This document shows positions 1 to 12,000 of a DNA stretch of 64,000 nt, piece by piece. Position 1 is the first letter of the stretch, and each line of letters begins with the position of its first letter. Under the pieces are notes generated by a model, which did no database searches, was not told where the DNA came from, and saw nothing but the letters and a program-made list of their open reading frames with translations. This DNA is from Lepidodermella squamata. Its lineage: Eukaryota > Animalia > Gastrotricha. The stretch covers positions 1,612,001-1,676,000 of the forward strand of contig JBLDXI010000032.1 in the NCBI GenBank assembly GCA_047495785.1. Reading direction: 5' to 3'. The position numbers were made by a program, and so were the translations under genes.

Positions 1-823
1 ATCGGCGATTTAACGATTTCAATTAAATCCTCCTTATTAGTTTTTGCAAGGGCGGTTTTCCCTCTAATTCCGTCCTCGGCTGATTGCAGGATTTGAATGA
101 ATTTATCCAGTTGTTGGATGAAATCTTCCGGGCCGTCTTTTGACAACTGACCCCAATCGTCGAGTTTTCGCAGCGATGGAACCATAAATTTCGACAAAAC
201 CTCGGCGATTGTTGACAATAGGGTGGATTTACCGAGATGAAACGACGACGTAATAATGTCTTGCGAAACATTGACAGCATTAATCGGCTTTGACGTATCA
301 TCCGTGGTTCGCAGAAAAGTAATACATGTCCCACTTAGAGGCTGAAAATTCGAAAATTTTTGAAAAATCATCTTCACATAAGTATTCTTAATACCTCTGT
401 TGAGCCGCTGGTAACAAAAAGCCGTTTTCCATCTGATGTTACCGGCTCGATATCAACAGCATCTTGGTAGAAAAGCGTTAAATATCGCCGGCCGCCGTTT
501 CGCGCGTTCAGAAATTCGTCGAACTGATCGAACTGCTCGTCGCAGGCGAGGAAATTTTCGACCTGTTCCGTATCGAGCCCAGAACACATGGCGATATGCT
601 GAGACAGGTATTTGTACCGCTCATCTTTCATCTCAACGAGGCGCCTCTCATCCCTGACTAGTTTCTTTATCTGAGGTTTGCCTTTGTTTTGATTGCCATG
701 AGGGAATATCTGATAAACCGATTAAAAATAAGAATTTTTTATGACGGAATAATGTAATTTTTTTACCGATTCTCTTTTTGTGGAGTTTATTAAAGGCGGC
801 GCGAGATCTCCAGATTCCGCCAT
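1..823 (-). CDS. DNAH5: Axonemal outer-arm dynein heavy chain (DNAH5/DNAH8-like), 5' end; continues off the left edge
   Basis: Exons 823-767, 709-395 and 341-<1 join in phase via GT-AG introns (57, 53 nt): MAESGDLAPP...DERYKYLSQHIAMCSGLDTEQVENFL...YLTLFYQD...KRLFVTSGSTE|PLSGTCITFLRT...LLSTIAEVLSKFMVPSLRKLDDWGQL...FIQQLDKFIQILQSA. This parallels the recalled DNAH5 N-terminus (DARHNYL...LMFYYQD...KVFVTEG...LTGVCVFFIRT...IFIPALR...WGEL). Confidence 0.8.
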
Positions 824-887
824 TTTATTGCTTTAAAAATCACCAAAATAATGATACCAGCTGCCTAAATTTGTGAAATAAAAATAA

Positions 888-991
888 TAAACAAAGGTGC
901 TGTATGTTTAAGAACCAGCTGGAGGCTGTTAGCGTATAGAATAAGGTGGCTGCAAGCTAAAGCCGCCTGAAAACCGGTGGCCATTAGCAAC
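888..991. promoter_or_regulatory. Candidate ciliary-gene promoter: forkhead (FOXJ1-type) sites and an RFX X-box
   Basis: TAAACAAA at 888-895, TGTTTA at 905-910, and GTGGCC-ATT-AGCAAC at 977-991, which fits the RFX consensus GTNRCC-N0-3-RGYAAC. These lie 65-170 bp upstream of the dynein ATG. Confidence 0.5.
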
Positions 992-2102
992 GACAGCATC
1001 TCCCACGTTCAATATTATTGTGCACCCGATATAGCGATCAAATTGTTGCGCGCTTCGTATATGCCGTTTCCTTTTATTAGGCAGTTGAGTGTGCCATATG
1101 TAATAATAACGAATCAGGTATAGGTATAGGTACAGGATAAAAAAAATCGAAGGCGTTGACGCGCTTCGTGCTATAAATTATGCACGTGGCTTTTTTGTGC
1201 GCGACCGGTGAAATTGGTTACTAACTCGCGAACTCGCCTGCGATAATATTTTGCCGGCAGTGCTGTGATCGATTTCTATCCGATCGGATGACTTAGCTCT
1301 ACTAGCCTGGTAGAGAAGGTGGCTCGATATCGTGTGTGTTCACTTGGCCCTTCGCAGTGACCTCAAAAGTTCCTATTATTACTATGACCTATACTTGCCG
1401 TGCGCATTCAAAAAGAGCCGCAATATCTGTTATTGGTAGTGTCAATGTAGGTCACACATATACGAGTCAGATACGTTTTTAATTCAAAATCCAACAATCA
1501 CATATTACCAGTCTCAGCCGGAGAATTGTGTTGCTTTTTGTTGTCAGAGGTTCGATATAACTTTCAGTATCATTCCCCCCCCCTCCTCCCCATTGATAGG
1601 GTAGCTGGAAGAAGCCGCCGGAGGCGAGTTTGTTGACTGTAGTGCGTATCGTTTTTAATGAGAATTGGAAAATTTCAATATAATTGCGACATCGATCTTT
1701 TCAATGTAAAAGCGTGGATGCATCAAATATTTTTGAACCTCACCTATTTTCAGTAAAAAATTTACTATGATTTTGGCATCCTTTTGTTTCTGTTGCTTCT
1801 TTATGTTTTTATCATGATTATATTTGACCGCTTTTTATGCTGCTGAAATCTGAAGAATCCACGCGAATAGCATGGAGACAGCTGGCAAACAAAAGCCAAT
1901 TTTAACGCGTTCCATTTTCCTTTTTTCTCGCCTTATTGCTTTTAACATTTTTAAGAGTTCTCGCCTTCATTATTGTTGTTTTTGCCGCTAAAAATAACTG
2001 CCAATAAAAGTCCATCTTGTCTTACCATTTTTTGCTCCGATAGCTCATAAACACAACGTATATATTTTTCATTCATTTTATAGCTCAATTATTACATAAA
2101 AA

Positions 2103-5008
2103 ATGACGGTTATGAGCCAGTCTGAGCCTGCATTGAAAAAGCCTTTCGAGCGCTTGCCTACCAACGTCAAGCCAATCAATTACGCTCTCCGAATTCACCC
2201 GAACCTCGCCGATTTCACCTTCAATGGGTCGTCTGAAATCCTGGTCAAAATTATCGAGTCAACAAATAAAATCACGCTGAATGCTGTCGACCTTAAAATC
2301 ACATCGGCGACTTTCAAAACTGGGCAGAAATCTCTCTCGGCTACTACTGAGCTGAATACCGAGGATGAGCGAGCGATTTTTACTTTCACCGAAGATTTAC
2401 CTGCTGGCGAAGGTGTTTTGAGCCTGGTTTTCAACGGCGAAATCAGCGATAAAATGAAGGGCTTTTACCGATCGAAGTACGTCACCCCAAATGGCGAGGA
2501 AAAAGTCGCAGCAGTCACTCAATTCGAGGCAACTGAGGCCCGTCGAGCCTTCCCATGCTGGGACGAACCAGCTATCAAAGCCACATTCGATGTCACCATG
2601 GTTGCCCAGCGTGATAAGGTTGTCCTTTCGAACATGCCGGTAAAATCGGAGAAATCAGAGGGCGATGCTCTGAAGGTGGTTGAATTCGACCGGACGCCTA
2701 TCATGTCGACCTATTTGGTGGCTTTCATCGTCGGAGATTTCGAACACCTCGAGACAAAAGATGCTGATGGTGTGGTTGTTCGTGTTTTTACTCCAATCGG
2801 AAAACGAGAACAGGGACGGTTCGCACTTGAAGTCGCTGCTAAATCCCTTCCATACTACAAGGTATAAATTTCAATCTTAAAAATATTGCGATTTTTCAAT
2901 TTTTCGTGAATTAAAAAATTATTGAAATTTGAAAAAAAATTTAAAAATTTAAAAATTGCGATTTGGAATTTTCCAAAATTTTTATTTTGGAATTTTTGGA
3001 ATTTGGATTTTGGAATTTTTATATAATTTTCAATAATTTTTAAAAATTCCAAGGAATATTTTGGGATCGGTTATCCGTTGCCGAAAATGGACCTCATTGC
3101 CATACCTGATTTCGACGCCGGTGCCATGGAAAATTGGGGGTTGACCACCTACCGCGAGACAGCCCTACTCGTCGACCCTGAGAACACAGCTATTCGTAAT
3201 AAACAATACGTGGCTCTAGTCGTTTGCCACGAATTAGCGCACCAATGGTTCGGTAATCTAGTTACCATGGAATGGTGGACCCATTTATGGCTAAACGAAG
3301 GCTATGCGACTTGGATTGAATTCCTATGTGTCGATAAATTATTCCCCGACTGGCAAATCTGGTCTCAATTTTTGTCGATGGACTTCACGCCGGCTATGGA
3401 TTTGGATGGGTTGAAGAATAGCCACCCTATCGAGGTCGAAGTGGGCCATCCGAGTGAGGTTGACGAAATTTTCGACACGATTAGCTACTCGAAGGGTGCG
3501 TCAATCATTCGCATGATTCACGACTTTATCGGCGACCCGGCCTTCCGGAAAGGAATGAATCACTATTTGACGAAACACCAGTTCTCAAATACTGAAACTA
3601 ACGATTTGTGGGCATCTCTATCCGAGGCGAGTGGCAAAGATATAGCTCGAGTGATGAACTATTTCACCAGCCAAATCGGATACCCTGTTTTGTTCGTTGA
3701 ACTGAAGAACGGGAAATTGGCGTTGAAGCAGGAGAAATTCAACGCGGATGGTTCGCGAAATTTGAGTCAAGATGCTCCGATTTGGCCGTTGCCTGTCACG
3801 GCAATTCGCGAAAAGGGTGGCTCAAACAAACGATTCAGCGAATTCGTGCTTGATAAACGCGAGGCTGAAGTTGACGCGAGTTTCCTCGAAAACGACGAAT
3901 GGGTCAAATTCAACGCAAATTCCGTCGGTTTTTACCGCGTCCGGTATTCTCCGGATTTACTGGAGCGCTTATCCCGTGGCGTGAAGAGTGGCTCACTATC
4001 GCCTGCAGATCGGCTGGGCTTAACTGCTGATCTATTCGCGCTGTGTCGAGCTGGATTTGACGTATCGATTCCGCAGTTGCTGGGATTTTACTTGAATTTT
4101 GCCGAGACTGAGACGGACTTTTCGGTTTGGGACGATATCGCCGGGTCCCATTCGGCTATTGCTACATTGATGCAGTATACCTCACATGGCGACAGTTTTA
4201 AGGTGAGATAACGTTCAAAATAAAAATATCGTTTAATTTTAATATTTTCAGGCTTTTTCTCGGAAATTATTTGGGCCTATTTCTCGCCGCCTTGGCACGG
4301 AGCCTCGCAGCACTGATGCGCCGAGTGATGCGCTTTTGCGGGCTCTCGTTCTCACGAAAATGGGACACGCAGGTGATGCGAACACTATCGCAAAAGCGCG
4401 GCAACTTTTCGATGATCAAGTCGCTAAAAAATCGCCGATTCCGGCAGATTTGCGCGCAGCTGTGTATGGCATTGTGGCTAAATACGGCGGTGTTGATACG
4501 TACCAGAAAATGTACGAGTTGTTCAAGGAGACTACGTTGAATGAAGAGAAGATACGGCTACTACGCGCTATGGGGCAGCATGATGACATCAACCTCAAGC
4601 GAAAATTACTCGCATTTTCGCTGTCAGATGAGGTGAAACATACTGATTTTTGATGACTAAGAAAAATTCAATTTTCGTAAATTTCAGGTTCGATCTCAAG
4701 ATACGGATTATTGCATTGCTGCGATTACAAACACGCCTGATGGCCGTCGCTTAGCGTGGGAATTTTTGAAGGCCAACTATTCGCTGTTCGTCGAGCGCTA
4801 CAAGGACAGCATGATTTTCGCGTATATTTTCGAATCAGCGGCCGAAGGTTTCTATTCGACCCAGGACGCGGATGAGGTGGAGGCTTATTTCGCCGCTAAC
4901 CCCGTTGAATCAGCAACGCGCATGGCTGCCCAGACCGTCGAGGGCATTCGCATGCATGCCGCATGGCTGGCGCGCGAAAAAGCTGGACTTGACAAATTTT
5001 TCGGATAA
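2103..5008 (+). CDS. NPEPPS: Puromycin-sensitive aminopeptidase (M1 family), 869 aa
   Basis: Exons 2103-2861, 3054-4202, 4252-4632, 4688-5008. Motifs GFYRSKY, TQFEATEARRAFPCWDEP, GAMENWGL, HELAHQWFGNLVTMEWWTHLWLNEG (HExxH-x18-E), YSKGAS, VRSQD. No signal or TM segment. Confidence 0.93.
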
Positions 5009-6021
5009 CATGTCATTATGATTCACCCTACTACACAAATGATTCGCTTCTGACGACTGATTTCTATATAAATAAATATGGAATTCGACACCTGTGGATA
5101 GTTTTAATTTTATTGCGGCTATGATCAAACGAAAACCAGGCCATAGCGCGCATGCATTTTCCGCGTATTTTGAACTGATGAAAGACTATAGCGCCTTAAT
5201 TGCTGTTAAATTTTCGTTCAAATTTAAATTCAATATTTGCTGTTGAGGTGGGAGGAGTGCGGATGAAGGGCACCGTCAAAGCAGACAAAAGGTGAAACAG
5301 ATACACCTGAAACAGATAATAACCGTCATTTACCCTGTCCATCATCGTGTTGATAAATATGTCCGCACGACTCATCATCGCCGTAGAGTAAACAAAGCGC
5401 GGTGCCACCATGATACCGTTGCTAAATTTCGGCCGCGCGGGCTGAAAAATAAACAAATACCCAGTGGGCGCGCGCCGACACAGTGCGCGTGTTTGCGCGC
5501 GCTCATCATCGCACCGGCTAAATACTAGCACCTCAAAGTTCGAGGCCTTGAACGGGTGAGGAGTAAAGGCTGAAAGACTATCCTGGTTTTATTCGGCCGG
5601 TCATTCGTGCCGATTTCCGCCTCACAAGAATCTGCATTTTCACCCGAACTCGACGCTCGAGCACGTTTCCGACTTTTTGTCCCCGTGCTCTTGTTTTACT
5701 AACATAGTCATAGTTTAATGATGATAGTCGTATACTCTTGCTCGACCCCGCGTAGAAATTACCTGTGCAAGGACAAATTTCTATTTTACAATATTAAGGC
5801 GGCGTTTTTTATTTCGAAATTCGATTGCTCTTTCATTATTTGACCTACTTTTACGCACACTTTTATTACGAAAACTGGCCTGCGCTAAGATGACCTACTT
5901 TCTTTAGTAATAAACACAGCTAAATCTCACTTTCTGTTTTCTTGCTGCTACTCATCTCAGAAGAGCGAGAATAGGGAATAAGTTACTCGCTCTAATTTGT
6001 TGTCAATAACCGCCTTGCAGC

Positions 6022-9000
6022 ATGTCGTTAGTTTTGAGGCGCGTGCTGATAGGCGCGCTCGTTCTCATAGCAAATCGAACATCTTACGGCTACGAGTGGA
6101 TCGACGACCCATTCGACGTACCGCTGAATGAGGCGCCGTCTCCACTACAACGCGGCGGCTCGCCGTCCCTTGTCAGCGACCTCGATCGTTCAACTATTTT
6201 TCTATGTGATTTCGAATTCGGCCGATGCAACTTCCGATCAGTCTACGCGTATCGTAACTCGAACTTAGCGATGACGTCGAAGCAAGCGAGCACTAATCGC
6301 TCGGCATCAAGTAATAAATCTCGTGTTTCCTGGACGGTTTCGACGGGCATTGGCCATCTCGCTGCGGCGTCTCCTAGCGGGGGCGCGGATGGTTTCGCAG
6401 CCGCTAGTGGAGTTCGGCCGCAATTCGACCACACCTTGATGTCGAAAGAGGGCCACTTCATGCTGGCAACGTCTGGTGAACACCCTGCGTCGACAGCCTC
6501 ATCGAAGCCGGCATCTCACGAAGCAACTGGTCGAAGCCCATCTTCGAACGCTAATGCAGCGCAACACCCGCTGTTGGTCAGTGCCGAAGTCGCTTGCCCA
6601 CCCTCCGCGGCTCAGTGTTGCGTATCGCTCTACTACCATGCTGTCGGCGAAGATGTTGGTGCTCGTATTCTTTTGAGACTGGGGTCTTCAAACTCAGAAT
6701 TCGTCTTGGACGTTCTTCGCGGTGAAACGGTATGCATTTTTACATCCTTTATAATAACTAATAATATTTTAAATATTAATTGAATAGTTTAATTTTAATT
6801 TTAAATTGGATTTTAATTTATTTAATTATTTAATTAATTTGATTTTTGATATTTTTTCAAGCCCGGAAATATGTGGCGCAGGTGGTCGCATAACGTCGAC
6901 AATATGGCGCCATTCAAGCTAATGCTTGACGCTGAAGTAGCCGCGCCCACTTCGTACTTCGCCATCGACGATGTAAGCGTCGAGCGCGGCACTTGCGTGC
7001 GCACTGAATTCGACGAACCCGGCGCCGTCGTTCGCGCATCAACTTTCGCGTGCGCCTTCGACGACTCAATGTGCGGCTTCACGCAGGAACAATCCGCTGA
7101 CCAGTTCGACTGGGCGTGGCACCGAGGCCGTACCCCAACCCTCGACACAGGACCGGATGCTGACGTTTCGTAAGCAATTTATCAAAATTTTCAAAAATTC
7201 TCAAAAATATTGAAATGTAGGTCAATTGGTGGATATTTGTACGTTGAGTCGACTAAACGTACCCTCTTCGACCGAGCCGAAATCTACTCACCAATTTTTG
7301 ACTTTTCCGCTTTCGCCTCGGATGGAAGCAGGTGTTTGGAGATTGAATTCTACTACCACATGTTTGGAAGGTCTGGACTAAATTTCGCCTTATTTACCTA
7401 TTGGAAAAATCATTATTTTTTTAGGTCAACTGGAACTTTGAGTGTCTTCCTTGAAACCGCAGCCGGTAAACAAGCGATTTGGTCCCGTCGTGGCCAGCAG
7501 TCGTCGCAATGGTTGAAAACCGTCGTTTCCAACATGGCGCTGAAAGAACTCGCGGCAAATGCCAACGGCAATACAACGTTCCGGTTGTCGTTCGAAGCCG
7601 TTCTGACGGGAGTTTCGTACTCGGACGTCGCTATCGACCAGTTGGACGTCCGCTACGTCGCCTGCGCGAATGAAGGCCTCGCATGCCCGGCCCCGCCCGC
7701 TGTCGCCCAAGCTCAATTTATTTTCAAGGTATTTCCAATTTTATTTTCATTTAAATTAAAACTAAATGCTATTTTAAGGATGGTACGAATAAATCGGCAC
7801 CTCAGCCTGGTGCGAAGGCGATGTATGTATGCTCTCGTGGCTATGATTTGCTGGGCGCTATTGAGCTGACTTGTTCCGCTGACGGCACGTGGTCTCCATC
7901 GGCGCCTATCTGTGTTACAGCTCGAACAAATGGTAAAAAATTGCAAAGAATTCCACAGCAATTTTCATTATTTTTACTCAAATGTTTAATTTTTGCTTGC
8001 AGCGAGCAGCGATTAGTTTGAGATTTCGATGCTCCCAATATAAGTGGGAAATATTTTGCAGAATATTCATAAATATACTTTGAAATTGGTCTCATCTCCT
8101 CCTTAAATCATAATTTTAGCTCCTACTAAATATTTGCCTTCAAGTGCGCGCGTGCCTATTTCATGGTTTTGAGGGAGTTTCAGTAGAGCTGGCAAGGGTG
8201 AATGATTTTTCGACAGGTTTTCGAATCGACACCTTCACAACAAACCAGCTTCTGCGGCCAGCCGATACCATCATGAGCAGCAATGGCTTCGAAAATGCGA
8301 CTTCTCCTCCGAATGAACTACCTTCATCAGCTATGACGTTGCTGCTATTGGCCGAGGAGCGGCCTGTCCGTTCAGTGTTATACGCGGCTAAAATCGGTGC
8401 GGAAAGTGGCGATGACGAGGAAGAACTCGTCGTACCCCGGGTTCAATTATCCGCGTCTCGTTCCTGCGTCTGGCCGTCATTCATGAAAAACTGGCCGTCA
8501 TCACTGCCGTTGCCTAGCAACCGGTTACGAATTGTCACCGGGGCTCCATTGGCCTGCCACGGGCGGGTCGAGCGGTGGGAATTCGCATCCCCATTCCGAC
8601 CGGATTCGCCTCGCTTTTCCATGGTCTACCTAGCAGTTTTCCGCCGAATCGACCCAGTTCGGTATCGGTTAGTTGGCTCAAATCGCGTCCTTCTCGCCTC
8701 GCCAACCGATTTCGTGTCATTCGTCGTACCAGCCGAGCGACGAATCGCCGTTCGCCCGGGCGATTTCGTCGGCTACTACTACCGCAGGTCGCAAGACTCC
8801 GGCCTAGTGCTAGCCCTCGATGCCGAAACAACGCCGTACGCTGCGAGTGAGGACGAGCTGTTCGACGTAGTCGAAGCGCCGATTTTCGAAGATGACATCG
8901 ATGACGCGACGTCGCGTGTGCTCACCCTGGCCGATCCGCTGTGGATGCGCCACCGCGCCACTCGCCCGCTTCTTCGCGCTATCATCGTAGGCTATGAGGG

Positions 9001-12000
9001 TATATTACACGCACGCATGAAAAAAAACACGCCAGGGATGTGCTCGTATCATCGTTTAATTTCGCGCTTGTTACCCATTTTTCGATCAGCTTTGGAAATG
9101 GAAATAGCTCATAATTTCAAATTAATTAAAAATGATTAATTGGACCTGGGAATTAAGGCGGATAATTAAAATTTCAAGAAAATTTGAGATTAAATGTTGA
9201 GAACTTCAAATTGGCAAGGACATTTTTTAAGTGAAATCGAGCCGGATTTTTTCTATGGGACCCGCGAAAAAGTTGAAAACGATATACGAGCAACCCTGAG
9301 CAACAGCGCGCCGCGGTTCCAGTGATTGAAAATAATGACTATAATTTGCTTATTTTTACGGCGAAAATTGACTTGATACGAGCACTGACCTGCGTCTCGA
9401 AATTGCAAGCTAATTTCTTTTTTTTTCTATAAGGAAATTGTCCTGAGCGAATTGTCGCACACGCTGCTGCTGTTGGTCCGTCGACCATTTTGCCGGAGAT
9501 TGCCGACGACGAGTCGTGCTGGAACCTGTGTCGCCGCGAGCCCTCCTGCACGGCCGTGACGTGGGACGGCGATGCGCGTCGCTGCTTTGCCGTTGCTCAT
9601 GTGGCCTCGCTGCAACTAGGCGGCCCTCGATCCGCATCGGCCGCTACTTTTCTGAAAGAATGCGACGGCCAGTGCGAGTTGAGGCCGGCTACCCTGGGCG
9701 AGGACGATTCGGGGTCGGATGTGTCTCTTGATGGCGAGACGATGCCTGGTCCGGATGCGAACGGCAGACCTCCTCACACGCGAGGCGAGTTGACAACCCC
9801 GGCTGATTGCGAAGCTTACTGCAAATTAGCACCTGAGTAAGTTGAAAACTTAATTAATTAAAAATTAATTAATTAATAGGTAATAAATTAATTAAAAAAT
9901 CAAAATTGGAAAATGTTGGATTGAAAAATTGATCGAATAATATTCAAGTGCTTAAAAAATAAATAATTAGAAAATTAGTTGATTATTAATTAAATAAATA
10001 AATTTAATTAATTTATGTAATTATAAAATAAATTTCAGGTGTGTTGGCCTAACTCACGCCTCTGCTTGGGACGGCGTTTGTACCTTTTTCCGCTCTGTTC
10101 GTTCGCTCCGCCCGGCTGAACACCGCCGCTCTTTCGTGAAAATCGGTTGCCGAGCCGCGAAAAAGAAGCCGCTCGGCGAGGCCTGCTCAAAATCCTACGA
10201 ATGCGAAACTGGGCTCGTTTGCTGGTCTCCAATCACCGGCCATCAGACTGGAACTGGCGCTAACGGCCCACTGCTCGGCAGCCATGTTGCTCCATCCCTC
10301 AGCTATGGCGCTAATAGCTTCCGAATTTGTAAGTGTAACAGGAATAAATTTGAAAATTTTGCTAAAAAAATTTGAAACAGGCAACTGCATTGGATGCGAC
10401 CAGTTCGGGCAAACACCATCGACTTCAACCCCTAGTACGACGACTAGCTCGACGACCACAGTCACAACTACCACAACCAGCACTACAACTACTACGACAA
10501 CCACCGAACCCACAACAACGACTACTACGACCGAACCAACGACTTCGACTACTACAACCGAGAGGGTTACTACCCCTACTGCTACTACCCCTGCTGAAAT
10601 TATTGAGGAGGACACGACTACTACACCATTGGCTTTCGAAGCCCTGGCTATGCAGCCTCGGCCTCGTAACAACAACCCGACCATCCAGCACCAGCGCCTT
10701 GTTCAGGTGCCGGGTGAAAGGGCGACCCAGGCGCCCAGTGGGTGCCAACCCCGGACGCCACACATCGAAGGCGCCCGGTTGTTGGTCGACGGCGATGGCC
10801 TGCGAGTTGAATGCATCGAAGCAGGTCATCGCCTCATCGGCCCGTCTCGAGTCGTCTGCCTCGCATCTGGGGCCTGGTCGGCTCTACCGGCCTGTATCGC
10901 CGCTGACCCACTGGCCTGCGACGCCGGGTACACCGATGTCCAAGGACCTGCCTGGATACCGAAATTACTCGCCCCGGCTCCGGGAGCTTGGCTCAACATC
11001 TGCCCGGGTATGCCAGTCGCATGTGCTGGCAAACTCTTCGCCTGGCAGTATGTCTCGCTGTTCGGTGCATCCGATGCCCGAGTCGCTAACCAGTCCATCT
11101 ACCTGGCTGTGTGGCGTCAGGCCGGTGAGAATGCCTACAAACTGGTCGGATCGAACGTAGTCACACCCATTTCACCTGGTGGCCAACTTGAGCTGGTCGA
11201 GGAGTCGCAGCAGATTGACGTCATTGCTGGAGACATTTTAGGTTTGTTTGATTCAAATTTAAATGAGCTACTTCTAAAGAATTTTCTGAATTTTTTTTGC
11301 AATTATATTGAACAGAAAATTTTTCTTAAAAATGTAGTATTTTTGAAATAAATTTAATTTAATGAAATTTTTGAAAATTCAATATATTTGAAATTTTTTA
11401 TATTTTTTGAAATTTTGCTAAAATTCAAGAATTTTGAATTTTTTTATTATTAAATATCTACCTATTTTTCGTTTGATTTTAGGTGTTTACTACTCGGATG
11501 CCGAATCCTCGACCGCTGTCGGCGTTGTGCCATTTTTCGACGGCGAACGCGCCTCAGCAAGCGACCTAGCACCCTCATCGCACCACCGCAACACCGCCCC
11601 AGTCTGCGTATCAGCCCGCATGTCGGCGCTCGACATCGGAACAGCGATGATGGTGCGCGGCCGCCTCGTCATCGAACACCCGTCGATGGTCCGCCGCGTC
11701 TACGCCATTCGCGCCCACGTCCGCCGATCGCCCCACTCCCGCATCATCCTCTGCGGCGTGCCGCCCGCCGTCGCCCGCGCCGCCCTACTCCCCGGCTACT
11801 CCAACGACCTCCCCGCTCAACCCGGCGATTCCGTCGTCTACCAATGCGCGGAGGGCGCTAAAATGACCGGACCCGCCCGGGTCGTCTGCCTCGAGACTGG
11901 TAAATGGTCGGAATTACCCATCTGCGCACCCGGCGAGGTTGTAGTCGCTTCATCAGCCCCGCAACGCGCTAAATCATCCGCATCAGCCACGGCGAAACCA

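Noticed and set aside
1505-1565. tRNA/SINE-like A and B boxes (CTCAGCCGG...GGTTCGAT)
   Set aside because: No acceptor, anticodon or T stems could be formed.
5196-5531. Overlapping 111-aa and 78-aa ORFs between NPEPPS and the mosaic receptor
   Set aside because: Non-ATG starts and no motifs or splice support; more likely promoter DNA.
10187-10684. 165-aa Val-rich minus-strand ORF resembling a membrane protein
   Set aside because: It is the antisense shadow of the Thr-rich mucin codons.
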